A DNA stretch of 64,000 nt from an uncultured Acidimicrobiaceae bacterium (GTDB taxonomy: Bacteria; Actinomycetota; Acidimicrobiia; Spongiisociales; SHLN01), in assembly GCA_947259275.1 (NCBI GenBank), contig CAMYMH010000001.1, positions 108,287-172,286 on the forward strand, written 5' to 3'. Position 1 is the stretch's first letter; every line of letters begins with the position of its first letter. The notes below the pieces were generated by a model, which was given only the letters and a program-made list of their open reading frames with translations, searched no databases and had not been told where the DNA came from. The translations under genes were made by a program, and so were the position numbers. Positions 19,465-29,345 of this stretch are shown piece after piece.

Positions 19465-20888
19465 CAGTTTCCCTCCGAGTCGTTGTCGACGCCGTGGACG
19501 AGCGCGTGGAGCGACGCGTGTTCGTGCCCTTCGCCGATCTGAGCTGCTAAGTGCTCCGGCAACATGTCACCGGAGCGCTGAGCTCGGCTCATCGACATGT
19601 ATGCATCATCGAGCGAATGATCGGTGGCTTCAGCGATGCTGAGGACCACATCGACCGTGCTCGGGTCCGGGTAGGTGATCATGTTCGGGGACGTGTCGTT
19701 GATCCGATTGGCGTTCTTCAAGCGAACCTCGAAGGGATCCAGACCGAGTACGTCGGCGATCCGGCTCATATGCGTCTCGGTGGCAAACGACACCGACGTC
19801 ACCCCGAAGCCCCTCATGGCGGTGGTGGGAACCCGATTGGTGAACACCACGTATCCGTCGAAGTGGAGATTGGGGATCGTGTATGCGCCGGTGTGGTGGA
19901 AGCTGTGCTTGGTGAGCCCATAGGGGGAGAACCGGGCGTAGGCACCCGAGTCGTGCAAGGTGAGCATCTTGCGACCGAGGATCCATCCGTCACTCGTGAC
20001 CGCATCGATGATTTCCATATGCCACGGCGCCCGTGTCGACGACGCCAGAAACTCCTCTTCCCTGGTCCACCGCCACTTGACGGGACGGTTCGCCTTCATG
20101 GCGGCCAGGGCGGTCACGGTCTCCGATGCGGTGTCCACTTTGCCGCCGAACCCGCCGCCCACGGTGCCACCCACCACCTTCAGGCGATTGAGCGGCACCT
20201 GGAGGTGAGCCGCCATCACCCCCAGCGAGAAGTAGAGCGCCTGGGTGCAGGAGTAGACCGTCAATCTCCCGTCTGGCTCGGGCACCACCATGGAGACCTG
20301 GGTCTCCAACGGGGCGTGCTCGATCGCGGCCGGGCGGTAGACGCCCGACACGATGGTGTCGGCCGCTTCGAAAGCCTCTTCGATGTTGCCCTTGCGAATC
20401 TGGCGGCGGTCCATCTCGCCTTCGAAATGGGGGTACCAGTTGCCCCAGCGGTGAACCGTGGGGGCATCGTCATCGAATGCCTTGCGCACGTCGAACAACG
20501 TGGGACGTTCCTCGTAATCGATTTCGATGGCTTCGACCCCGGCCCTGGCGGTGTCCGCGTCCTCGGCGGCCACCAGGGCGATGGGCTGGCCCTTGTAGCG
20601 GACCTCGTCCTTTGCCAGGAGCGGTTCATCAGCGGGAATGCCGAGGGCGCTCAGATGCCCGTACTCGAGGAGCGGGACGTCCGCATGGGTGATAACCGCC
20701 TCCACACCGGGCATGGCCTCGGCCTTGCTGGTGTCCATGCGAGTGATGGCGGCATGGTGATGGGGTGAGCGCAGGGCCTTGGCCCACAGCATTTCCCGGA
20801 CGCGGACGTCGTCGACGAATTGAGTCTGTCCTGTTACGTGTCCAACCCCGTCGTAGCGGGGAAGGCGGGCGCCTACCGCTTTCATCAT
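19464..20888 (-). CDS. Xanthine-dehydrogenase-family molybdopterin-binding subunit, N-terminal segment (NdhL-like, ~50 kDa; a/b-hammerhead + MoCo domain 1)
   Basis: MMKAVGARLPRYDGVGHVTGQTQFVDD… hammerhead domain. The start overlaps the 2Fe-2S gene stop (ATGA). Confidence 0.75.
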   Translation of the reverse strand: MMKAVGARLPRYDGVGHVTGQTQFVDDVRVREMLWAKALRSPHHHAAITRMDTSKAEAMPGVEAVITHADVPLLEYGHLSALGIPADEPLLAKDEVRYKGQPIALVAAEDADTARAGVEAIEIDYEERPTLFDVRKAFDDDAPTVHRWGNWYPHFEGEMDRRQIRKGNIEEAFEAADTIVSGVYRPAAIEHAPLETQVSMVVPEPDGRLTVYSCTQALYFSLGVMAAHLQVPLNRLKVVGGTVGGGFGGKVDTASETVTALAAMKANRPVKWRWTREEEFLASSTRAPWHMEIIDAVTSDGWILGRKMLTLHDSGAYARFSPYGLTKHSFHHTGAYTIPNLHFDGYVVFTNRVPTTAMRGFGVTSVSFATETHMSRIADVLGLDPFEVRLKNANRINDTSPNMITYPDPSTVDVVLSIAEATDHSLDDAYMSMSRAQRSGDMLPEHLAAQIGEGHEHASLHALVHGVDNDSEGN

Positions 20889-21397
20889 CGACCTCCTGTC
20901 TTCACAACGACATTGGGTTCTTCTGCGGTGATCGTGAGATCGAACTCGCTCTGGGTGGCGGCAGCGGCTATTGCATTGACGATTTTGAGGTAGCCGGTGC
21001 AGCGGCACACGTGGCCGCCCAGGGCTTCCTGGATCGCCTCCTTGTCGTCGCTACCGCCTGCGTCGAGGTAGGCAGTGGCGGCCACCACCATGCCCGGCGT
21101 GCAGAATCCGCACTGCGCCGCGTAGTGATGGACGAAGGCCTGCTGCACTGCCGACAGGTTTTCGGATGTGCCCAGACCCTCGAGCGTCGTCACCGCCGCG
21201 CCGTTGAGGGAACCGACCGCGGTTAGGCAGGACCGCTGCGGCCGGCCATCGACGAGTACGGTGCAGGCCCCGCAGCCACCGGCTTCGCACCCGGCTTTGG
21301 CGCTGACGACGTTGAGTTCGTTTCGTAGAACTCGCAAGAGAGGCGTTAGCGGTGGGCTCGAGATTTGACGGGATACCCCGTTGAGCGTGATGTTCAC
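20885..21397 (-). CDS. (2Fe-2S)-binding small subunit of xanthine-dehydrogenase-family enzyme
   Basis: CEAGGCGACTV and CGFCTPGM…CRCTGY cluster-binding motifs. Confidence 0.9.
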   Translation of the reverse strand: MNITLNGVSRQISSPPLTPLLRVLRNELNVVSAKAGCEAGGCGACTVLVDGRPQRSCLTAVGSLNGAAVTTLEGLGTSENLSAVQQAFVHHYAAQCGFCTPGMVVAATAYLDAGGSDDKEAIQEALGGHVCRCTGYLKIVNAIAAAATQSEFDLTITAEEPNVVVKTGGR

Positions 21398-22176
21398 TAA
21401 ACCTCCTTGATCTCGTTCAAGACCCGCTGAACCAGCAGGGGCAGCATTCGTTCCCGATACCAGGCCGATGCCAGCGCATCATCTTGCAGATCGGCATCGG
21501 CCAACGCCGCCTGTCCGGCCGCTTCGGGATCGTCGGCCGCGGCCTCGGCCGAGGAGAGCCTGATCGCGGTCGGTCCGGCACCGGTGGCCGCCAGGCGAAT
21601 GGATCCGTCGCCGGCTTTGACGGCCGACACCGCCAGCGCGGTGGGGTGATGGGCGTGGGGACGGTCGAGGGCGGCGAAGGCGCCGGCCACCGGCTCCTCG
21701 AAGCTCAGGTCGAGGACGAGCCGGGCGTCCCGGTGGGTCAGAAACTCTTCGACCGTCTCGGTGCTCTCGCCCCCGGCCCCGGTCGATCGGACACTGGCGT
21801 CGAGCGCCAGCAGTGGCCCTTGCAGGTCACCGCTCGGATGCTCGGGTGGGGTGGGAGCGCACAGGTTCCCGCCGACGGTGGCCTGGGCCCGGATCTCGTT
21901 GTCTCCGACGTTGGCGGCACAGGGTCCCAGAGGGGCAAAGAGGTCGGCTACATCTGTCACCGGGGTCATGGCGCCCACCGTGACGGCCGAGCCGCTCTTC
22001 CGGACGTATGAGAGGCCGGCCTTGGAAAGCATGAGTGCCCTGGTGGGTCGCAGCCACCCCTGCGTCATGAGCTGCACCACGATGGTGCCCCCGCCTACGA
22101 CGGTGACGTCGCGGCCGTCTCCGTACGCCTCGGCTGCAGCATCCACGGACTCCGGGATCAGTACATCGATGCTCAT
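21397..22176 (-). CDS. FAD-binding subunit (CoxM/XdhB-like) of xanthine-dehydrogenase-family enzyme
   Basis: FAD-binding PCMH-type sequence (…VTVVGGGTIVVQLM…ATVGGNLC…). Start taken at MSIDVLIP. Confidence 0.8.
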   Translation of the reverse strand: MSIDVLIPESVDAAAEAYGDGRDVTVVGGGTIVVQLMTQGWLRPTRALMLSKAGLSYVRKSGSAVTVGAMTPVTDVADLFAPLGPCAANVGDNEIRAQATVGGNLCAPTPPEHPSGDLQGPLLALDASVRSTGAGGESTETVEEFLTHRDARLVLDLSFEEPVAGAFAALDRPHAHHPTALAVSAVKAGDGSIRLAATGAGPTAIRLSSAEAAADDPEAAGQAALADADLQDDALASAWYRERMLPLLVQRVLNEIKEV

Positions 22177-22466
22177 CGAATCTCCAATCTGGGTAGCGTG
22201 TTCCGCTTTTGCCGAGGCTAGCAAGTGGGTCTCGCCGCGGAGAATCGCAAGCAGAGCGGCGTGATTGTCGACTCGATGCGGTGCCAGTTCTGCGCTCCTC
22301 AGCGCACCGGCGGCGTCAAGATGGCATACTCGACACCGACGGATTACCGACGAGTCGACCTGCGGTTGAGCACAAACTCACCGGTGCAAGTAACGGGTCC
22401 TTTGACCCTATGGCCGAGCGGGGACTGCAGGCATGACTGGGTCACGCGAGATGAAGGGAGACGCTG

Positions 22467-23381
22467 ATGGGTGATGTGGAAGTGCGCTCAGGCGCAATTC
22501 GGGACCTGATTGACGAGGAGGCCACCCTCGCGGAAGTTGCCACCGGGTTCACTTTTACCGAGGGCCCGATCTGGCATCCCACCGAGGGCTACTTGCTGTT
22601 CTCGGACATGCCGGGCGACATCCGCCGCAAGTACACGCCGGATGGGACCGTGGTCGAAGTGCGGAATCCGTCCAACAAGTGCAACGGAATGACTTACGAC
22701 GCCGACCTCAATCTCATCGTGTGCGAGCATGTGACGTCGTCGCTGGTGCGGGAGAGTCCCGACGGCACGGCCGAGACGATCGCATCGCACTTCGAGGGAA
22801 AAGAGCTGAACAGCCCAAACGACGTGTGCGTTCGATCGGACGGGTCGATCTATTTCTCGGATCCGTGGTACGGCCGGATGCCGGTGTTCGGGGAGGAGCG
22901 AGAGCGCGATCTCGGCTGGCAAGGCGTCTTCCGGGTGCCGCCGGGCAACGGCGACCTGGAGCTGGTCGTCGACCGGGACAAGTACGAGCAGCCAAATGGG
23001 CTGTGCTTCTCGCCGGACGAGTCGCTCATGTACATCAACGACACGCCCCGGGCGCTCATCGACGTCTACGACGTCAACGCCAACGGGAGCCTCTCCAATG
23101 GGCGCCGGTTCGCCGAGAACATCGGCAGCGGCGTGATCGAGGAAGGCATCCCCGACGGGATGAAGTGCGACGAGCAAGGCAACATCTGGGTGACCGGACC
23201 CGGCGGGGTATGGGTCTTCAGCACCGATGGCGAGCACATCGGCACCGTCAAGGTCCCCCAGAACGTCGGCAACCTCACCTGGGGTGGCGACGACTGGCAC
23301 ACGCTGTTCATGCCCAGCACGTCATCGCTCTACACGATCAGGACCAAGGTCGGTCCGCACCACGAACCGTATATGCCGTAG
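22467..23381 (+). CDS. SMP-30/gluconolactonase/LRE-like region protein
   Basis: …FTEGPIWHP…LLFSDMPG…NGMTYD…SPNDVCV…PNGLCFSPDE… β-propeller signature. Confidence 0.85.
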   Translation: MGDVEVRSGAIRDLIDEEATLAEVATGFTFTEGPIWHPTEGYLLFSDMPGDIRRKYTPDGTVVEVRNPSNKCNGMTYDADLNLIVCEHVTSSLVRESPDGTAETIASHFEGKELNSPNDVCVRSDGSIYFSDPWYGRMPVFGEERERDLGWQGVFRVPPGNGDLELVVDRDKYEQPNGLCFSPDESLMYINDTPRALIDVYDVNANGSLSNGRRFAENIGSGVIEEGIPDGMKCDEQGNIWVTGPGGVWVFSTDGEHIGTVKVPQNVGNLTWGGDDWHTLFMPSTSSLYTIRTKVGPHHEPYMP

Positions 23382-23405
23382 GAGAGAAAGGGACCAGAAG
23401 TACAC

Positions 23406-24017
23406 ATGAACGATGAATTCACTCTCGATGCCGACCGTTGCGCGCTGATCGTTCAGGATCTGCAGAACGACGTCATCATCGACGACGGGGCATTCGCCGA
23501 ATCAGGATCTCCGGATCACGCCCGCGAGCAAAACGTCGTAGCCAACGTGCAGCGCATGATGGAGGTGGCCCGTAACAAGGGCATTCCGGTAATCCACGTG
23601 TGGTACATCGTCGAGGAGGGCGCACCCGGCTTGAAGGTCAACGCGCCGCTTTTCGAGGGCGTTGCCGCCGGCGCCATGGTGCGGGGCTCGTGGGGGGCCG
23701 CTCCGGCCGAGGGCCTGGAACCGCAGAAGGGCGACTTCGTCGTCGAGAAGACGCGGATGAGCGCCTGGCAGGGCACCAACCTCGAGAACATCCTCGCCGG
23801 GACGGGTCGTGACACGATCATCGTCACCGGTGCCTGGACGAACATGTCGATCGAGCACACCGCCCGGACCGGGGCAGACAAGGGCTACTACATGGTGGTA
23901 CCAGAGGATGCCTGTTCGACGATGAACGCCGAGTGGCACGACGCCTCCATCAACTACGCGCTCCAGAATGTGTCCACGGTGACAAACGTCGACGGTGTCA
24001 CGGCGGCCCTCGGGTAG
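23406..24017 (+). CDS. Isochorismatase-family cysteine hydrolase
   Basis: …CALIVQDLQNDV…DTIIVTGAWTNMSIEHTAR… matches isochorismatase-like hydrolases. Confidence 0.85.
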   Translation: MNDEFTLDADRCALIVQDLQNDVIIDDGAFAESGSPDHAREQNVVANVQRMMEVARNKGIPVIHVWYIVEEGAPGLKVNAPLFEGVAAGAMVRGSWGAAPAEGLEPQKGDFVVEKTRMSAWQGTNLENILAGTGRDTIIVTGAWTNMSIEHTARTGADKGYYMVVPEDACSTMNAEWHDASINYALQNVSTVTNVDGVTAALG

Positions 24018-24038
24018 CAACTCGGCGCGAGAAGAACC

Positions 24039-25100
24039 TTGACCACCGGTAGCACCACGATCGCCGCCATCCGTCGCGCTAGGGCGCGCTACGGGTTGGC
24101 GGCTCTCGTGGTGCTACCGGCGGTCTTCGCCGTCATCTGGGTGGTGTTCATCGCCAGCGACACCCCGGCGGGCCCGTTGGTCACCGATCCCGACGACTTC
24201 GTCACGACGCTGCTCAACGGCCTGACCATCAGCGGTCTCTACTTCATCGTCGCTTCGGGATTCACGTTGATTTTCGGGCTGATGCGGGCCGTGAACATGG
24301 CGCATGGCTCGGTCTTCCTACTCGGCGGCTACCTGGCAATCGAGTTGCAGCGCAACCTGGTCGGCAGGGGCGCCGGGATCTCGCCGTCCGAGGTGAGCAT
24401 CCTCGAGTGGATTCTGCCTTTGTTGCTGGCCTCGGTAGTCGCCGGACTCGTCGGGCTGGTCATGCATCAGCTCTTCATTCGGCCCTTCCAGGGCGAGGAT
24501 CTCAGGCAGGCTCTCATCACCATCGCCATCTCGGTGATCCTGGCCGACCAGATGATCGCCCGCTTCGGCGGCGTCGCCAAAGATCTCGCCTGGCCGGCGG
24601 CGTTGTTCAAGTTCGTTGATTACTTCGGTATCCGCTATTCGGTGACTCGGCTGTTCATCCTGGGGTCGGCGCTCGTCGTGGGCGTCTTGCTGTGGCTGTG
24701 GCTCAAGAAGACGCGTACCGGGATGGTGATCCGGGCCGGGGTGGACGATACGCCCATGGTGCAGGCTCTTGGCATCAACGTGCAGGTGGTGTTCGCGCTG
24801 GCGTTCGTCGTCGGCTCGGTGCTCGCCGGCGTTGGGGGTGTCATGGGGGCCTCGTTCGCGGCTCTCGCCCCCGGCGTGGATGGGCTCTGGCTCCTCAACT
24901 CGCTGGTGGTCGTGATCATCGGTGGAATGGGATCGTTGAGCGGCGCCGCCGCCGGATCTCTCCTCTACGGGATCGTCACCGCTTTCGCGCCGGCCTACCT
25001 CCCGGCGGCGTATACCCACTACTCGATCATCTTCACGTTCGTGCTGCTGGTTGGGGTCCTGGCAGTGCGGCCCTACGGCCTCTTCGGGAAGCCGGCATGA
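24039..25100 (+). CDS. livH: Branched-chain amino acid-type ABC transporter permease (LivH-like)
   Basis: Multi-TM protein with Liv-permease-like conserved loops. Confidence 0.75.
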   Translation: MTTGSTTIAAIRRARARYGLAALVVLPAVFAVIWVVFIASDTPAGPLVTDPDDFVTTLLNGLTISGLYFIVASGFTLIFGLMRAVNMAHGSVFLLGGYLAIELQRNLVGRGAGISPSEVSILEWILPLLLASVVAGLVGLVMHQLFIRPFQGEDLRQALITIAISVILADQMIARFGGVAKDLAWPAALFKFVDYFGIRYSVTRLFILGSALVVGVLLWLWLKKTRTGMVIRAGVDDTPMVQALGINVQVVFALAFVVGSVLAGVGGVMGASFAALAPGVDGLWLLNSLVVVIIGGMGSLSGAAAGSLLYGIVTAFAPAYLPAAYTHYSIIFTFVLLVGVLAVRPYGLFGKPA

Positions 25101-26137
25101 CGATGCTGCAGCGCGTACGGGATTACCTGCAGGGCGAGAGGGCGCTACTAGCCGGTGTCCTCGTCGTGCTACTGCTGGGACCCCTGCTGTTCAGCGAGTT
25201 CTTCATGAGTTTCGTGCTCACCCAAGCGCTCTGGCTCGGCGTTGCCGGCGTCAGCCTCATATTCCTGTCCGCCTACGGCGGAATGGTCTCGCTCGCCCAG
25301 ACGCTGCTCTACGGGGTGTGCGGGTTCGCCATCGGCAACGCAGTGACCACCGGCGGCAGCAAAGGGCTCAACCTGGGGCTCAACCCGTGGATCGGAGTTC
25401 TCCTCGGCATCGTCATAACGACCGCGCTTGGATTCGTGCTTGGACTGGTTTCGAGTAGATCAGCCGGGCTCTACTTCCTGATGATCACGCTGACTTACGG
25501 CGTCATCGGGTTCTACTTCTTCGGGCAAGTCACGACGTTCTCGGGGTTCGGCGGGATCAACGCCGTGGCCGCACCCGGGTACATCGGCGAGCCGGGGATA
25601 CATCCGGAGCGGCTCTACTACACGGCGCTCCTCATCGCGGTGTTCTCGTACCTGTTGCTGCGCTATGTGGCACGGACTCCGTTCGGTTTGGCGCTGCAGG
25701 GGGTGCGCGACGACCCGGTGCGGATGAGTTCCCTCGGGTACAACATCGTGTTGCACCGCACGCTGGCCTTCACCCTGGCGGCCTTCGTGGCGTCGTTGGC
25801 GGGGGTGCTCAACGTGTGGTGGAACCGACAGATCGACCCGGCCTCGATTGGGCTCGGACCCATCCTGAGTCTGCTGATCATCGTCATCATTGGTGGCATC
25901 GGTCGCCTGGAGGGAGCCTGGCTGGGAGCGTTCGTATTCGTCGTGATCAACAACTACGTCCGGAGCGTGCCCCTCGTCGACAAGATCGGCATTACCGAGG
26001 CACGGTTCAACACGATCGTTGGGGCAATCTTCCTCATCATCGTGTTGGTGTCACCCGACGGGTTGTTCGGGATCGGTGCAAAAGCGAGGAGGTTGACACA
26101 GCGGGGGCGCCGTCTGGCCTTCGCCAGGCAGGAGTGA
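25097..26137 (+). CDS. livM: Branched-chain amino acid-type ABC transporter permease (LivM-like)
   Basis: The ATG overlaps the upstream stop (ATGA). Multi-TM protein. The listed longer ORF 24692..26137 is an upstream frame extension. Confidence 0.75.
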   Translation: MTMLQRVRDYLQGERALLAGVLVVLLLGPLLFSEFFMSFVLTQALWLGVAGVSLIFLSAYGGMVSLAQTLLYGVCGFAIGNAVTTGGSKGLNLGLNPWIGVLLGIVITTALGFVLGLVSSRSAGLYFLMITLTYGVIGFYFFGQVTTFSGFGGINAVAAPGYIGEPGIHPERLYYTALLIAVFSYLLLRYVARTPFGLALQGVRDDPVRMSSLGYNIVLHRTLAFTLAAFVASLAGVLNVWWNRQIDPASIGLGPILSLLIIVIIGGIGRLEGAWLGAFVFVVINNYVRSVPLVDKIGITEARFNTIVGAIFLIIVLVSPDGLFGIGAKARRLTQRGRRLAFARQE

Positions 26138-26280
26138 GACATGAAGCATAGGATGCGGGGATTCGTCCACGCGTCAGAACCAAACATAGAGTAGAAGGTC
26201 CCTGTCGTTAGGCGGGAACCCTGCTCTACAAAGAACCAAACCCTGGGGCTCCAGCCTCAGAAATTGGGAGGAGTTATCTA

Positions 26281-27795
26281 GTGAAACATCGACTACTGCG
26301 CAAAGGGCCGGTGAGGTTAATCGCCGTGGCCCTCGCCCTGGCCCTAATTGCCGCCTCGTGCGGAGACGACGACGCGGCCACGACGGTGCCGAGTGGCACG
26401 GACACGACTGCGCCGAGCGGCACGGACACGACTGCGCCGGACACGACTGCGCCGAGCGGCACGGACACCACTGCGTCTACCGGTGGCACGGAGGTCATCA
26501 AGCTCGGCGTGGTTTCCGACTGTGAGGGCGCTTTCGGGGCGTTCCACAATCAGGACCTGGCCGGGGTTGGCACCGCCTTCGCCGAGTACGCGGGTGCGAC
26601 GATCCTCGATCCCGACGATGCCGCCGCCGGGTTCACCGGTGCATCCATCAACGGAATTCCCGTCGAGCTGGTCGGTGTCGGATGCGCCGACGACACGGCG
26701 GATGCGGCAATCCGCGAGACCCGTCGTCTCATGGAACAGTTGGAGGCCGACATCATGATCGGTCCTCTCTCCGGAGACGAGAGCATCGCGATAGCCAACT
26801 ACGCCAAGGATCACCCGGGTCAGACGTTCATCAACGGCTCGGCCGGAGCCCAGGACACGACGATGGCGGTGAAGGCGCCGAATTTCTTCCGGTTCAACGG
26901 TGACGGTGCGCAATGGAACGCCGGGACGGGCGACATCGCCCGCAACACCTTGGGCTGGGACACCGCGGCGGTGATCATGGACGATTACAGCTTCGCCTGG
27001 ACGTCGACCGCAGGGTTCATCGCTGAGTTCTGCGCCGCCGGTGGCGAGGTGATCTCACGGGTGTTCCCGCCGCTCAACACGACGGACTACTCGTCCTTCG
27101 TGCAGCAGCTGCCCGATCCGGACGAAGTAGACGGCTACTTCTGGACGATTGGCGGGGCCGGCACGATCGGCGGCCTGAAGGCGTTTGAGGATGCCAAAGG
27201 TCCGATCAGCGGCGATCAGCACATGGGGAACCTGTTCTGGGGCACCCCCGGCCAGTTCGAGGAACTCGGTGACCGAGTCGAGGGCGCCTACGTGGGTGGC
27301 TTCGGCACCGCCGGCGATCTCAAGACGGACGCGGTCGCGGCGCACACCGCGCTGGTCGACAAGTACTACGACTCGTTCCCGCCGTTCGAAGGCGATGCGG
27401 CCTCGCAGGCTCATTCGGGCTTCCTGGTCAACTACTTCATGGCTTCGAAGGCTCTGATCGAGGCGCTCAAGGAGATCGGTGGAGACATCTCCGACGGCCA
27501 CGCGGCGTTGAGGGACGCTCTGTCGAACCTGGAAGTGGAGGGCCCGTACGGCACCATCACGCTCGACGAGAACCGCCAGGCAATCCAGGACCAGTTCGTG
27601 CAGCAGGTGGTCCGGGGCGACGACGGAAACCTGGCGGTGGTGACCGTGGCGAAGATCCCCAAGGTCGACCAGACCTTCGGAGGAACCTTCGACGGAGATC
27701 CGCCCCCGGGGCGTGACGTGCCGGCTTGTGAGGTCCGGGATATACCTTGGATCGGGAACGCCATTCCGGTGGTCGACGGCATCCCCCAGGAGTGA
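26281..27795 (+). CDS. ABC transporter substrate-binding lipoprotein (periplasmic-binding-protein type I, Leu/Ile/Val-binding family)
   Basis: Lipobox (…LALIAASCGDD). PSGTDTTA×3-4 repeat linker. PBP1 domain. GGGAGG SD before a GTG start. Confidence 0.8.
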   Translation: MKHRLLRKGPVRLIAVALALALIAASCGDDDAATTVPSGTDTTAPSGTDTTAPDTTAPSGTDTTASTGGTEVIKLGVVSDCEGAFGAFHNQDLAGVGTAFAEYAGATILDPDDAAAGFTGASINGIPVELVGVGCADDTADAAIRETRRLMEQLEADIMIGPLSGDESIAIANYAKDHPGQTFINGSAGAQDTTMAVKAPNFFRFNGDGAQWNAGTGDIARNTLGWDTAAVIMDDYSFAWTSTAGFIAEFCAAGGEVISRVFPPLNTTDYSSFVQQLPDPDEVDGYFWTIGGAGTIGGLKAFEDAKGPISGDQHMGNLFWGTPGQFEELGDRVEGAYVGGFGTAGDLKTDAVAAHTALVDKYYDSFPPFEGDAASQAHSGFLVNYFMASKALIEALKEIGGDISDGHAALRDALSNLEVEGPYGTITLDENRQAIQDQFVQQVVRGDDGNLAVVTVAKIPKVDQTFGGTFDGDPPPGRDVPACEVRDIPWIGNAIPVVDGIPQE

Positions 27796-27808
27796 GGTAT
27801 CGATACAG

Positions 27809-28606
27809 GTGGAGAGGCGTACCGAAACTGGAAAGGACCTGACGACTGACGGTGCGCCTCCGATCCTGCGATTGCGCGGGATCGACATGGCCTTTGGAGG
27901 CGTGCAAGCCCTGCGCGACGTCGAGTTCGACGTCGCGCAGGGCGAGCGCCTCGGGATCCTCGGACCCAACGGGGCCGGCAAGACGACCCTGTTCAACGTG
28001 ATCGCCGGCGACTTTGCGCCCACCGCAGGGACGGTCGAGATCCACGGGCAGGACGTGACGTCAATGCCGGCCAGGAAGCGCCCGTCGCTCGGAGTGGGTC
28101 GTACATATCAGGTGTCGCGTCTCTTCTCCGGGCTGTCGGTGGAGGACAACCTCTACCTGGCGGTTCTCGGCAATGAAACCGGACACCATCGTCCGGTCAT
28201 CGTCAAGCGCGATGAGGATTACCGCACACGCGCTCGCGCCGCCGCGGTGGGGGTGTGGCTACAAGACGAGCTCGATACCCTCGTGTCCGGGCTGTCGCAC
28301 GGTGAGCAGCGTCAGCTCGAGGTGGGGATGGCAATGGTCACCCACCCGTCGCTCTTGATGCTCGACGAGCCGGCCTCCGGCCTATCGAGGGGTGAGCGAG
28401 AACGCTTGACCGAGCTGCTGTTGTCTCTGCAGGGCGACATCACGCTGTTGCTGATCGAGCACGACATGGACGTCGCTCTTACCGTGGCCGAACGGATCGT
28501 GATGATGCACGAGGGCAAGAAGATCACGGAGGGCACCCCCGCCGAGATCCGGGCGAACGCTCTCGTGCACCAGATCTATCTGGGAGAGCGTATCTCCTAT
28601 GACTGA
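27809..28606 (+). CDS. livG: ABC transporter ATP-binding protein (LivG-like)
   Basis: Walker A GPNGAGKTT, signature LSHGEQRQLE, Walker B LLMLDEP. Start (GTG 27809 or ATG 27884) uncertain. Confidence 0.8.
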   Translation: MERRTETGKDLTTDGAPPILRLRGIDMAFGGVQALRDVEFDVAQGERLGILGPNGAGKTTLFNVIAGDFAPTAGTVEIHGQDVTSMPARKRPSLGVGRTYQVSRLFSGLSVEDNLYLAVLGNETGHHRPVIVKRDEDYRTRARAAAVGVWLQDELDTLVSGLSHGEQRQLEVGMAMVTHPSLLMLDEPASGLSRGERERLTELLLSLQGDITLLLIEHDMDVALTVAERIVMMHEGKKITEGTPAEIRANALVHQIYLGERISYD

Positions 28607-29345
28607 GCCTCTTCTCAGCATCTCCCAGCTGGTCGGCGGGTACGGAAGCGCCCGGGTGCTCGACGGTATCGAACTGGAGGTCGGCGTCGAGGCGGTTTCC
28701 GTTATCGGTCGCAACGGCATGGGGAAGACAACACTATGCAACACGATCATGGGCCTGGTCCCAGCCATGTCCGGCTCGATCAGGTTCAAAGGAGAAGAGC
28801 TGGTCGGGAGATCTCCGCACCGGATCGCCGCCACCGGAATCGGCTACGTTCCGCAGGGGCGGCGCCTGTTCGAGTCATTGACGGTCGACGAGCACCTGCA
28901 AATGCTGGCCAAAGGTACGAGGGGCCGGCGCTGGACACCGGCCAGCGTCTACGAGTTGTTTCCCCGGCTGGCCGATCGCAAGCGACTCGGCGGTGCCCTC
29001 CTATCGGGTGGGGAACAGCAGATGCTGGCGATCGGGCGGGCGCTTCTCCTCAACGCCGATCTGATCATCCTGGACGAGCCCTCCGAGGGCTTGGCGCCCG
29101 CCATCGTGGACGACCTGATCACCACCTGTCACCACCTGGTCGAACAGGGCGAGGCGGTGCTCCTCGTCGAACAGAACCTCTCCGTTGCGACGGCCGTATC
29201 TGAACGCAACCTGGTGATGGTGTCCGGCCGGATCGAAGCCGAGATCTCGGCCGGCGCTCTGATGGGCGATCCGGTGGCCCAGCAGCGGTATCTGGGCGTG
29301 GAGACACTCAACCAAACCGATCAGGCCCACGGCGACGGTAAATGA
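28599..29345 (+). CDS. livF: ABC transporter ATP-binding protein (LivF-like)
   Basis: Walker A GRNGMGKTT, signature LSGGEQQML, Walker B LIILDEP. Confidence 0.85.
   Translation: MTEPLLSISQLVGGYGSARVLDGIELEVGVEAVSVIGRNGMGKTTLCNTIMGLVPAMSGSIRFKGEELVGRSPHRIAATGIGYVPQGRRLFESLTVDEHLQMLAKGTRGRRWTPASVYELFPRLADRKRLGGALLSGGEQQMLAIGRALLLNADLIILDEPSEGLAPAIVDDLITTCHHLVEQGEAVLLVEQNLSVATAVSERNLVMVSGRIEAEISAGALMGDPVAQQRYLGVETLNQTDQAHGDGK

Noticed and set aside
22261-22375. Two loosely similar motifs (GTCGAC…TGCGGT) in the divergent promoter region between the xanthine-dehydrogenase-family operon and the SMP-30 gene, as a possible operator pair
   Set aside because: Spacer lengths differ (4 vs 1 nt) and the match is short. 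There is no regulator gene nearby to support it.
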